Sequence record: PQ850631.1
Length of the DNA stretch: 64,000 nucleotides
DNA from: Escherichia phage VerenaGrendelmeier_Bas101
Strand: one strand, 5' to 3'
This document shows positions 39,513 to 48,229 of this stretch, piece after piece (within the stretch, counting starts at the first letter, position 1; every line of letters begins with the position of its first letter). The notes beneath the pieces were generated by a model. The model had not been told where the DNA came from. It saw nothing but the letters and a program-made list of their open reading frames with translations, and did no database searches. Position numbers and translations under genes: made by a program.

Positions 39513-40196
39513 TTATTTACCGAATGGAATATCAGTACCAGACATAAAGCGCCATGCGCCCGTAATTAAGATATGGCGAATGAAGTCAGCAATTACTTGC
39601 GGCTCAGTCTCCAATCCGTTCATCAATGCCTTTTTCTGGTATTCAGCAGCATACTCAGGAGTCCAGCCGCGAGTCGCGCAAACAGCATCTTCAATCTGTT
39701 TGGACATGCCAGTACCACGTAGCTTGTTAGGACTAATAGAAAATACCGTGATCCCGTATTTAGGCGTAAGCTCGTGAGCCATCTGCTTGCTAATCATAAG
39801 CGCAGCGGCCTTGGAAGCATTATAACACAAGCTGGACGTCATAGGAATATGCGCAGCGTTGGAAACGATATTGATCACAAAACCTTTGTTGTCGATAAGA
39901 CTTTTCAGCGCGGCTTGAGTCGTGTTGACGAAAGAGAAGGCGTTGGTGTGCATAACGCGATTGAACTCTTCGTAGTTAACATCTTCAAACCAGTTGTTGG
40001 AGTTGACGCCAGCACAGTTGATCAAGCCTTCTACATCATATGGGCTTAAAATTTCTTTCATCTGTTTCGCGTCGCGGACGTCATATCCGTATGCTGAATC
40101 GATTCCAAGCACGTTATGACCGTAAGCGCCAAGGGTGTCAAAAATAGATTTACCAAGACCGGAATTGGAACCTGTTACAACAATTACTTTTTTCAT
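39513..40196 (-). CDS. short-chain dehydrogenase/reductase (SDR)
   Basis: 227 aa; Rossmann VIVVTGSNSGLGKS and catalytic YNASKAA. Confidence 0.7.
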   Translation of the reverse strand: MKKVIVVTGSNSGLGKSIFDTLGAYGHNVLGIDSAYGYDVRDAKQMKEILSPYDVEGLINCAGVNSNNWFEDVNYEEFNRVMHTNAFSFVNTTQAALKSLIDNKGFVINIVSNAAHIPMTSSLCYNASKAAALMISKQMAHELTPKYGITVFSISPNKLRGTGMSKQIEDAVCATRGWTPEYAAEYQKKALMNGLETEPQVIADFIRHILITGAWRFMSGTDIPFGK

Positions 40197-40261
40197 TTAT
40201 TTATCCTTTTTGGACTTCATTTCGATGAGATAAATATAACTCATCGAAACGCACAAGTAAA

Positions 40262-41134
40262 CTATTTATTGAAATTAATATTGTGGGTGTTGACGAGACG
40301 TTCACACATGGCGCTGTAAACACCATCATCGTGTATAGAGTCTTCGTGCTTCAGGCCGCTGATTGCAAAGCGTGTAAGCTTGACAATCTTAAGCTCGAAC
40401 AGATGCCACATGTGGTAGTCTTCCGGCGTTTTCAACGTTACGCCATTAGGGAAAAGCACCTGCATAACCTGGCCTACCATCACAGCGTTATCGCCATAGA
40501 CAGCGTTACGCTCACGGAAAGTCGCGGCCATCGCATCAAGAATATCGGCGGCGGTTGCCGGAGATTGTTTGATTTCCACTGCTTTAGTCTCTTCTTGCCC
40601 CGTTGCGCTTGGATCAACTGCTAATCGTTGCACTACTTCACCTGCCTTGCAAAGATTAAATGTAAAAGCGATTTTATTTTGAGCAACGGAATTATAATCC
40701 ATAGCTTCTTTACGCATCGCCGCGAGTACGTCTTGTCTGTCGTCAAACACATTAATGATTCGATAATCGCCGTGACGCAATGCGTAATATAGCCATTCAG
40801 ACTTCATAATAGTTGATGGACGTTTGTCGCCATAGTCTCTCATCTTGATTGTAAATTCATCAAAAGGGAAAACATTGTCCAGACGTTCAAAAGTCACTTG
40901 TCTGTATTTTTCTGGCCTTGCAGTCCAATATTCAACCGCCTCACCGCGAAGAGATGCCGACTCTACTGCTGATGCAATGTGAGGATAGAACTGATCATAA
41001 CCAATACCGCTGTAATAATCATCATAGTCTGACAACGGACCTGCCACCTTGATGCGGTCTAAGCGCCAACGGTCATCAAACAGCGTTCCGTCAAGGTCGA
41101 ATACGTTTAAAATTTCGCTGTTTTTAATGCTCAT
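40262..41134 (-). CDS. HAD-like phosphatase with C-terminal extension
   Basis: 290 aa; N-terminal motif FDLDGTLFDD and later VFDDRQD. Confidence 0.4.
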   Translation of the reverse strand: MSIKNSEILNVFDLDGTLFDDRWRLDRIKVAGPLSDYDDYYSGIGYDQFYPHIASAVESASLRGEAVEYWTARPEKYRQVTFERLDNVFPFDEFTIKMRDYGDKRPSTIMKSEWLYYALRHGDYRIINVFDDRQDVLAAMRKEAMDYNSVAQNKIAFTFNLCKAGEVVQRLAVDPSATGQEETKAVEIKQSPATAADILDAMAATFRERNAVYGDNAVMVGQVMQVLFPNGVTLKTPEDYHMWHLFELKIVKLTRFAISGLKHEDSIHDDGVYSAMCERLVNTHNINFNK

Positions 41135-41934
41135 CCTTTTGATACTCCATCTTTAGCAACTGGATTGTTGGTGATTGGCATCGCACTCCAAAACTGGATG
41201 CGTAACTCTTCTTGCTGTGCCGTGGTATCCATCCAATCACGATACCAAGGGCAATGGGCTTTGCCATGACGAGGAAACGCGCATTTACCCATACCGATGC
41301 ATTGCGGCTGTAATAATGGATTTGCCCACGGGTGCACCTTGAGGACTTCCGCAACCATTGCTCGGAATACTTCTTGATACTCGCCTTGTGTGCGCGTGCA
41401 CAAGCGGTTGGAAGCCATCTGTTGCAGCGTTCGCAAGTTGAACTTTGCCATGATATGCGTTTGCATATTAGAAGGCAACACGGCACGTGCATCTTGAATC
41501 TCTGCGCCAGCCGCGCGAAGCTCTTGATACAAAGCATCGATAGTCGCCATCGCATCATCCCACTTCTCTGCCAGTTCAGCGGCCTTCTCGTCATGACGAG
41601 TCCATCCCTTTGGATCATCCTCTGGGTAAGTAAACTTAGCAGGGCGAATCGCATCAAATGCAGACGACTCCTGAGCGCGGCTGGTGCGTTCTTGATATGC
41701 GCCTGTGCGTGTGCGCACCATCTGATGGGTCATATTCTTTGATACATCAGTGATGTCAAAGATATAGTCCACAAAGTCAAAAGGCGACTTGATTGTATCA
41801 AGCATGTAGCGCCAGTGCTCTTGCTTCTCTGATTCTGTCATCTCAGAGACTGGCTTACCAGTCATGCGCGTGTTCTTTGTTTCCAGCAAAAGGTCAAGTG
41901 CATCTTGGGTGTATCGAATTAATTCAACTTTCAT
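41131..41934 (-). CDS. ThyX-like flavin-dependent thymidylate synthase homolog (divergent)
   Basis: 267 aa; SKNMTHQMVRTRTGAYQERTSR aligns with the ThyX RHR...S signature region but has RTR in place of RHR. Confidence 0.5.
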   Translation of the reverse strand: MKVELIRYTQDALDLLLETKNTRMTGKPVSEMTESEKQEHWRYMLDTIKSPFDFVDYIFDITDVSKNMTHQMVRTRTGAYQERTSRAQESSAFDAIRPAKFTYPEDDPKGWTRHDEKAAELAEKWDDAMATIDALYQELRAAGAEIQDARAVLPSNMQTHIMAKFNLRTLQQMASNRLCTRTQGEYQEVFRAMVAEVLKVHPWANPLLQPQCIGMGKCAFPRHGKAHCPWYRDWMDTTAQQEELRIQFWSAMPITNNPVAKDGVSKG

Positions 41935-41947
41935 TTTAATTATCCTA

Positions 41948-42394
41948 TTAACGGTAATTCACTAGTTGCTGATCACCAGAGAAGGTGCAATGATAAACGA
42001 ATTGTGCGTTATAAAGCAACTGAAAACTTTTCTTTGGTTCATTATTAGAACTCATTGATGTAAAGATTTCTGCACCAGAACGGTTTTCACCAATCAGGTT
42101 AATAAAGCCGCCAGTTGAACGAGGCTGAACGAAAGTGAAACGCTGCATCCACGGAGTCCGGTTGGCACCTTTTCCGGTGAATCCCTGAATCTGAATATTC
42201 AGACCTTCTTGCTCGTTCACACCGATGTAAGTGGTAATTGTTGCGCCAGTCGTCGCTGCGGTCTTGCCGTCCATCGCTTCGCAATCGTAAACAGCGATTG
42301 AATCGGAAGTACGGACAGCGGCTTCAGTCGCTTCCATATACATGGTTCCGAGAATAGCAGTCGCGGCAAGCGCGATTCCAGTGATGCGTTTCAT
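41948..42394 (-). CDS. secreted protein
   Basis: 148 aa; signal-peptide-like N-terminus MKRITGIALAATAILG; AGAGGA RBS; own promoter. Confidence 0.45.
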   Translation of the reverse strand: MKRITGIALAATAILGTMYMEATEAAVRTSDSIAVYDCEAMDGKTAATTGATITTYIGVNEQEGLNIQIQGFTGKGANRTPWMQRFTFVQPRSTGGFINLIGENRSGAEIFTSMSSNNEPKKSFQLLYNAQFVYHCTFSGDQQLVNYR

Positions 42395-42414
42395 TTTCGT
42401 TTCCTCTATGAGTT

Positions 42415-42458
42415 CTGCTTCAATGATTAAAGTATACGCCCATTGAAGCAGAAAGCAA
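42415..42458 (-). promoter_or_regulatory. promoter (TTGCTT-16-TATACT) with flanking 11-bp inverted repeat (operator-like)
   Basis: minus-strand -35 at plus 42453-42458, -10 at plus 42431-42436; arms CTGCTTCAATG 42415-42425 and CATTGAAGCAG 42441-42451 bracket the -10. Confidence 0.5.
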
Positions 42459-42459
42459 A

Positions 42460-43455
42460 TTATTTATTAGCAATATAAGCAAATTTTTGATAGTTATTTG
42501 CTTTGATGAGTTTTTCAACTTCAGCAAGGTCATGAGCGACGTCATCAAGCAAAATGTTTCGCCAAGTAGCGAATCGACCGACACTGAATACGTTCAAATC
42601 CATAGTCAACTGGAGCAGTAAGGCGTGGCGCAAGTCTTTCGGAATGTCGACAATTTTGCCATACTTCTGGTCAACCTTTTCAACTTCTTCCAAAGAGATG
42701 TCATTCCATGAAAGACCAAAAGCGGTAAGAACTTCATCCACTTCTGCACGCAGCTTCATGTCGCGATAACGTGTAATGCCGCCAGCGGCTTCAACTGCTG
42801 CCGCGCTGACGCTTACCAATGGAATTGTTTCAATGATCAGCGTGTCACCAGTGATTGATGCGCGGTAAGTCCTTACAGAATAGTCAGGGAAGTAAATTGT
42901 TTGATACAACTCACACTTGCGCTTAATCTTAAAACGATAAACGCGAATATTTGCCTTATCAAACGAGAAGTCGAGCTTTTGATCAATACCAGCAAGCTTC
43001 ATCATGACTGGCAGCGGCGATGTGTTGATGATTGGCGTCTCGCTATAGCCGCAAAGCGTGTCGACCGGAGTATTAAAGAATATACGGTCACCCAGTTTAT
43101 CGACAAGTTGATCATAAAAGTCATCCGGCGCTATGTAGCGCGTAGCAGTTTGAAGCTTCATGATTGAGCGGCTGCCAAACTGGTTGGTGACTTTCATAGA
43201 GTACATATTGGCAAGGTTGATTGGGCAATGGTCGTGATAGTAGTTACCGCGAAAATACACGGCCTTGTCAACTGTCACTGCCTTAAAAGGGATTCCGGTA
43301 ATACGGCTTACTTCTTCGCCGCGAAAGCGTAGCAGCGCCTTGTGCTGTGGCGCTCGCTCCCCTGCTTCGTACACAATAGAGTTCGGGAAGTGACACGCGG
43401 TAATAAGTCCTGCCAAACCGCCGCCGATAATCATTACAGGTTGTTTCATGTTCAT
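42460..43455 (-). CDS. FAD-dependent oxidoreductase
   Basis: 331 aa; N-terminal dinucleotide-binding VMIIGGGLAGL. Confidence 0.55.
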   Translation of the reverse strand: MNMKQPVMIIGGGLAGLITACHFPNSIVYEAGERAPQHKALLRFRGEEVSRITGIPFKAVTVDKAVYFRGNYYHDHCPINLANMYSMKVTNQFGSRSIMKLQTATRYIAPDDFYDQLVDKLGDRIFFNTPVDTLCGYSETPIINTSPLPVMMKLAGIDQKLDFSFDKANIRVYRFKIKRKCELYQTIYFPDYSVRTYRASITGDTLIIETIPLVSVSAAAVEAAGGITRYRDMKLRAEVDEVLTAFGLSWNDISLEEVEKVDQKYGKIVDIPKDLRHALLLQLTMDLNVFSVGRFATWRNILLDDVAHDLAEVEKLIKANNYQKFAYIANK

Positions 43456-43479
43456 TTGTCCTTTGTGGGTGATATGAGA

Positions 43480-43508
43480 AGTATAATAGCTAAATTATTT
43501 TACAGCAA
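43480..43508 (-). promoter_or_regulatory. sigma70-like promoter (TTGCTG-17-TATACT) for FAD oxidoreductase operon
   Basis: minus-strand -35 at plus 43503-43508, -10 at plus 43480-43485; AAAGGA RBS downstream. Confidence 0.45.
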
Positions 43509-43534
43509 CAAGTCATTTCTATTTAGTACAGACG

Positions 43535-43562
43535 AAAAAAAGACCCACAACAAGTGTGGGTC
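43535..43562 (-). terminator. rho-independent terminator after Lys/Ala/Glu-rich protein gene
   Basis: GACCCACA / TGTGGGTC 8-bp stem, 5-nt loop, then 7-nt U-run on minus strand. Confidence 0.6.
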
Positions 43563-43590
43563 AATTACCGCTATATAACCGTCCTACAGG

Positions 43591-44430
43591 TTATTCCGCT
43601 TGATCACCGTCTTCAGCATCGTCGTTGGATTCAACATCGACAAACTCGATGTGGCCCATCTCTTCCAGCTTGCTCAGGTAGGAGCGAACGGAAGCGCCAA
43701 ACAGTTGATCTTTAACTTTCTCGCCCAGCTCATCGATAGACTGTGCCACGCCAACTTCGCCTTCTTTGATCGCAGCCAGAACGCGTCCACGGGTGGAATG
43801 CTCTTGCGGCTGGCTCAGGCCATTACCAGTGTAGATGAAGTGAGTAGCTTTTGCACGACGCTGACCGTTTGCCTTTTTAGCAGCCTTACGTTCTGCGATG
43901 GCTTTGCGACGTTCTTCAGCTTCTTTCTTACGCTGTTCTTTCTGCTGTTCTGCAGCTTCTTTCGCCGCAATCTTAGCAGCTTCACGCTCTGCCTTGCGTT
44001 TCGCTTTAGCTTCTTCTTTGGCCTTCTCTTTTTCGGCCTTCGCTGCAGCACGGGCTTGATCACGCTCTGCTTTCTTAGCAGCAGCTTGTTCAGCTTTCAG
44101 GCGCTTGGCTTCTTCTTTAGCCTTTGCCTTTTCGATTTCTTTCGCTGCTTTAGCGGCTTCACGCTCTGCTTTCTTAGCAGCGGCCTTTTCTGCACGCTCT
44201 TTAGCTTTCTTGGCTGCTTCTTCAGCACGCTTCTGAGCCTTCTCATCAGCAGCCTGCTTGCGTTTCAGCGCAGCTTCTTCACGCTTGGCTTGTTTTTCCT
44301 GCTCACGCTTCTGGCGTTTTTCTTCGGCTTCTTTCTTTTTAGCCAGGCGTTTTTCTTCAGCCACGCGACGACGTTCTGCTGCAGCTGCTTGTTTTTCTTC
44401 TTTAGATAATACTTTGATTGCTTCGGCCAT
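43591..44430 (-). CDS. Lys/Ala/Glu-rich low-complexity protein with globular C-terminal domain
   Basis: about 200 aa of KAEE/AKKA-type charged repeats, then non-repetitive acidic C-terminus; ATG 44430 behind AAGGA. Confidence 0.5.
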   Translation of the reverse strand: MAEAIKVLSKEEKQAAAAERRRVAEEKRLAKKKEAEEKRQKREQEKQAKREEAALKRKQAADEKAQKRAEEAAKKAKERAEKAAAKKAEREAAKAAKEIEKAKAKEEAKRLKAEQAAAKKAERDQARAAAKAEKEKAKEEAKAKRKAEREAAKIAAKEAAEQQKEQRKKEAEERRKAIAERKAAKKANGQRRAKATHFIYTGNGLSQPQEHSTRGRVLAAIKEGEVGVAQSIDELGEKVKDQLFGASVRSYLSKLEEMGHIEFVDVESNDDAEDGDQAE

Positions 44431-44589
44431 GTTCACAGTCCTTAAATAAATTAGTTTATTTTATATTCCCCGTTTGGGATAACTTAATTATGCCTTCAGT
44501 CGCCGCCAGTAGCAACTAAAAACTATGGCGGCGATGCCACTTTAATTAAACTGATTTTCAGTTTTATTTTTCGTAAATTTACGTCAACA

Positions 44590-45774
44590 TTAACGCGCTT
44601 TCAAATCACGGTACACGGTCAGATTCTTCTTAGCACGGGTGATTGCGGTGTACATCATCTTGGAGTACGGAACGCCGCGCAAGATTTCTTCCAGCACGCA
44701 CACATTATCCCACTCGCTGCCTTGCGATTTGTGCACCGTGATGACATAGCCATAGTCCATCCCGCCAACAGCGCGTTGCGCTTCTTTGCGCACTTCCTGA
44801 TCAGTAGAGAAGGAAAGAGGATTAATCTTAACCTTTATATCTTTACCATCAGTCAATGAACGCAAGTTGACATACATTATTTCATTCGACTCATCTTCAT
44901 CCCTTTCAAAGTCCGGCACTGGCTCATAGCCAATAACAATCCCTTGCTCGCCATTACAGAATCCTGGCCCGTGTTGGTTGAAGGTGCAAATAACCTTCTC
45001 GCCGATTCCTGGCATTGGTGTTATACGTCCGCTCACTTGCCGTAATAATGAATTCCATTTATCTTTGGTGCTATTATAGGAGCAAATAATTTGATCATCT
45101 TCGCCCATGAATTTCTTCAATGCAGTAACGCGCGGCGATTCTGCCAATACTTTGACGTCATCGTATTCACGCGGAGGAAGGCGGTTGCCTTGGCGAACGA
45201 AGAAGGAAGCACGGATGATGTTGGACTCTTTCCCTTGCCGCATGATTTCTGTTAACAGTACGTCAACGGCTTCTTCGGTAAAGTAGGCGGCGGCTTTTAC
45301 CGGAGGGACTTGTCCAATGTCGCCTAATGCCAGCACAGGGATGCGGTGATCAAGAAGGCGCTCTGTGTCCCACTCGCCAACCATTGAAGCTTCATCAAGG
45401 ACTACAAGATGCGGCTTTTCGTCCAGCTTTGACTTTCTCGAGAATATTGGCTCATTGTCGTCATTTACGCCGCGCACGTTATAGATGAACTGGTGAAGGG
45501 TCTTAGCGCCACGACAACCTTTTTGCTTTAATCTGCTTGCAGCCTTTCCGGTCGGCGCAATATAGATAGCGCCGTACTCACCGACACAACGGCGCACAAT
45601 CTCGCGAGCAATAGAGGTTTTACCAGTCCCTGCATAGCCAGCGATGAAAAACACGCGCTTCGTCGTTTTACCGTCTTGCAATCGCTTGTACCATGCAACG
45701 GCCTTTTCGATGGCGTCAATTTGTTGCGCGTTAAACTGAATCACTGGCTCATCATTAAATTCTGGAATGTTCAT
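44590..45774 (-). CDS. Dda/RecD-like SF1 DNA helicase
   Basis: 394 aa; Walker A GYAGTGKTS; C-terminal YTAITRAKKNLTV. Confidence 0.65.
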   Translation of the reverse strand: MNIPEFNDEPVIQFNAQQIDAIEKAVAWYKRLQDGKTTKRVFFIAGYAGTGKTSIAREIVRRCVGEYGAIYIAPTGKAASRLKQKGCRGAKTLHQFIYNVRGVNDDNEPIFSRKSKLDEKPHLVVLDEASMVGEWDTERLLDHRIPVLALGDIGQVPPVKAAAYFTEEAVDVLLTEIMRQGKESNIIRASFFVRQGNRLPPREYDDVKVLAESPRVTALKKFMGEDDQIICSYNSTKDKWNSLLRQVSGRITPMPGIGEKVICTFNQHGPGFCNGEQGIVIGYEPVPDFERDEDESNEIMYVNLRSLTDGKDIKVKINPLSFSTDQEVRKEAQRAVGGMDYGYVITVHKSQGSEWDNVCVLEEILRGVPYSKMMYTAITRAKKNLTVYRDLKAR

Positions 45775-46100
45775 TATAACTCCACTACGCTGTCAAGGTC
45801 CAGATATACTGGAATAAAATGGCAATCTTCTTTTCGTTCAAACATCTCACCATCAACATGGCTGAAGAAAACAGTTGTATTTGGTATCTTCCATCCTTTC
45901 TCGTCGCGCACTAAGTACGCCATGGATTCAACAGGGATGTGCAGCGATACCGGATTTGCGGCAAAAATAAATTTGATTCTGTCTGGTTGACCCAGGAATC
46001 GCATGATTGTTAGGCTTGAATTCAATCTTGTATTAAGGAAGGACTCAACGATTCCGACGTGTGTTGCACGTTCGCGTTGCTTCGTCTCTTTTTCGTTCAT
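45774..46100 (-). CDS. hypothetical protein
   Basis: 108-aa ORF coupled to helicase gene. Confidence 0.4.
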   Translation of the reverse strand: MNEKETKQRERATHVGIVESFLNTRLNSSLTIMRFLGQPDRIKFIFAANPVSLHIPVESMAYLVRDEKGWKIPNTTVFFSHVDGEMFERKEDCHFIPVYLDLDSVVEL

Positions 46101-46203
46101 TTCAGGCGACCTTTGTTAGTGCGGAAATATTTTCTGATAGTATAATTGCAGATATAGTATAAAGCAAAGTAAATCGAAATTGTGAACTAAATGGTAAATA
46201 TTG

Positions 46204-46231
46204 TTGACTTTGTATCACTCAATATTATACT
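46204..46231 (+). promoter_or_regulatory. sigma70-like promoter (TTGACT-16-TATACT) for plus-strand early operon
   Basis: -35 TTGACT 46204-46209, -10 TATACT 46226-46231, in divergent intergenic region. Confidence 0.5.
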
Positions 46232-46260
46232 GCAGGTATTGATCACCGAAGGAAAGAAAG

Positions 46261-47343
46261 ATGGCTAGTTTAAGAGAAGAAGCAAAAATAATTGAAGAGT
46301 TTTTAACAGAACTCCAAAGAGGCATCCCAGAAGATGAGCGCGTCATGACGGTGTTTGCTCCTGAAGCAACGGTACAGACCGACGAGCGCGGCAAGAAGAT
46401 CAACAGCAGCTTCTGGCCTAAGCCTTGGAAGTTGGGCAAGCCGCTCATGCAGCACCAAAACGGCTATGCTTGCATCAGTTCAATGCGTAAGTCTCCCAAC
46501 CCAAAGACGGGTGAGATGCGATACTGGCGTACAGAGTCGGCCTTTGGTCACGGCATGGCGATGATGGTCGACGACATCGGTCACGGTAAAGGGTCCAAAG
46601 GCGATTTAGATTTGGAGTTCTTTTTCGAGCGACTGAAGCCGACTGTCATAGTCGAGACGTCACCGAACAACCACCAGCTTTGGTACTTCTTTAAAGAACC
46701 GATTGACCATCTTATTCAGTTCAAAGCATTTCTTGGGTCTTTCGTTAACATGGTACTCAAGAAGGGCGGCGACAACACGATTAAAGACGTAACGCGCGTT
46801 GGCCGTGTTCCTGGGTGCATCAACAACAAGCGTGTGACTCACGACGGCCCCTATAAATATGTCGATGAGAACGGCGACCCGTTCCGCTGCCGACTTGTCC
46901 ATGCAGACTACTCCTTGCGCTACACCATCGAAGACATCTGTCAGGCATTCGGCTTTCACGTCGTTATGCCGCAAAAGCGTGAGATTCAAATTGACGTAGA
47001 TGAATACAAGTACGATGCTGTTTGGTATAAAATAGCCCAGCAGATTCTAGCGCGCAACAAGATGGGTGAAGGGTCTGATGGCGACGTCATCGAGAATATG
47101 TCAGGCAAGTGCCGCATAATCTGCCCTTGGGGTGAAGAACACACCAACGGCGACCCGTATGGCGCTTACTTTCGCGGCCCTATCCCTGGTGCAGAACATG
47201 AGTTTGTGTTCGGTTGCGCCCACGACTGTCACCGGAAAGGGGAAGGCAAGAAAGGTTGGACTGCTTTTGTTGAAGCAATCGTCATGCCTTATATTGAGAA
47301 TCAACTTGACATGATAAATCGTCGTGCAGGTGGCATAAAATAG
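46261..47343 (+). CDS. putative primase (primase-polymerase / RepB'-like) with C-terminal Cys/His cluster
   Basis: 360 aa; MMVDDIGHG, SPNNHQLWYF and RVPGCINNK motifs; C-terminal CRIICPWGEEH...CAHDCH. Confidence 0.4.
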   Translation: MASLREEAKIIEEFLTELQRGIPEDERVMTVFAPEATVQTDERGKKINSSFWPKPWKLGKPLMQHQNGYACISSMRKSPNPKTGEMRYWRTESAFGHGMAMMVDDIGHGKGSKGDLDLEFFFERLKPTVIVETSPNNHQLWYFFKEPIDHLIQFKAFLGSFVNMVLKKGGDNTIKDVTRVGRVPGCINNKRVTHDGPYKYVDENGDPFRCRLVHADYSLRYTIEDICQAFGFHVVMPQKREIQIDVDEYKYDAVWYKIAQQILARNKMGEGSDGDVIENMSGKCRIICPWGEEHTNGDPYGAYFRGPIPGAEHEFVFGCAHDCHRKGEGKKGWTAFVEAIVMPYIENQLDMINRRAGGIK

Positions 47344-47344
47344 T

Positions 47345-47372
47345 TTGCTTTTATTTTCATAGCAACTATAAT
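47345..47372 (+). promoter_or_regulatory. sigma70-like promoter (TTGCTT-16-TATAAT)
   Basis: -35 47345-47350, -10 47367-47372. Confidence 0.45.
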
Positions 47373-47401
47373 CATTTTATGAACTGAAGCAGAGGTGATT
47401 C

Positions 47402-47548
47402 ATGCAAAGCGAAGAATTGAACATCGAGGTTGAATGTCTGTTAAAGTCGTTAGAACCTAAACCAGCAGAGCTTCCGACCCTTCAAGGAGTCACGGCTCAC
47501 CATCAAGCGGCTGCGGCCAAACACTACTCTGAATTTGTTAAGGAATAA
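47402..47548 (+). CDS. small hypothetical protein (48 aa)
   Basis: AGAGGTG RBS then ATG 47402; not in ORF track. Confidence 0.3.
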   Translation: MQSEELNIEVECLLKSLEPKPAELPTLQGVTAHHQAAAAKHYSEFVKE

Positions 47549-47550
47549 AA

Positions 47551-47841
47551 ATGAACGAACCAAAAATGATGACCGTTGAAGAAGCACAAAAGCTTCGTGT
47601 TGAAAACGAGCTTAAGCTTGTCAACCAGATTCTCCCCTTGTTTGCAGGCTACGCAGTGGAGGAAGTTGTTGGTGCAATCCTTAACGTATCAACGCATGTC
47701 GCTATGAATCTTCAGGCCGAACGATTCAATACGCTGCTGACTATTAAAAACCTTACGGTCAGTGCAACGTTCACCGTTGAGCCAGTCAATTTTGACGAAG
47801 CTTCAGCCGCAATTCAACAGCAAAGAGATCAAGAGGTGTAG
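47551..47841 (+). CDS. hypothetical early protein
   Basis: 96-aa ORF. Confidence 0.4.
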   Translation: MNEPKMMTVEEAQKLRVENELKLVNQILPLFAGYAVEEVVGAILNVSTHVAMNLQAERFNTLLTIKNLTVSATFTVEPVNFDEASAAIQQQRDQEV

Positions 47842-47842
47842 C

Positions 47843-48106
47843 ATGGGTGCTTTCCGTAATGAGTTCACCTGGAACGTTACCAGCAATCTCTCGACTTGTC
47901 CTAACTGTGCAAGCGATGTTATCAAGGTGCGGCAGCATCGCAACGCGGAGGAAGGTGCCTGGGAGGATGGCGACCTTGTAGAATGCCAGTGCTGCTCTCA
48001 TGAAGGTGTTGTGGAGCTTTACGCTGGCGAAGGTTGCCCACCAGCAGAACGCACAGCACGCGTTGAATGGGATGCAACAGACTCCATTGGTGATCCTCAA
48101 CAGTAA
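47843..48106 (+). CDS. zinc-ribbon-like small protein
   Basis: start at ATG 47843 behind AGAGGTG; CPNC...CQCCSH cysteine pairs. Confidence 0.4.
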   Translation: MGAFRNEFTWNVTSNLSTCPNCASDVIKVRQHRNAEEGAWEDGDLVECQCCSHEGVVELYAGEGCPPAERTARVEWDATDSIGDPQQ

Positions 48107-48124
48107 ATTTAGGTATAGATACTT

Positions 48125-48229
48125 ATGAAAGCCGTAAAGAAATACACATTAATCATTTCCCTTGTTATCATCCTGGGGCTATTATATGTATTGGATATGG
48201 CATATTATTTGGCAGGGGTGAGTAAATGA
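48125..48229 (+). CDS. small hydrophobic peptide (34 aa)
   Basis: single TM-like helix LIISLVIILGLLYVL; stop overlaps next start (ATGA). Confidence 0.3.
   Translation: MKAVKKYTLIISLVIILGLLYVLDMAYYLAGVSK

Noticed and set aside
43600-44409. 269-aa plus-strand ORF rich in Phe/Leu/Ser
   Set aside because: It is the antisense shadow of the Lys/Ala/Glu-rich gene; its low-complexity sequence is a by-product of GCT/GAA-rich coding DNA on the other strand.
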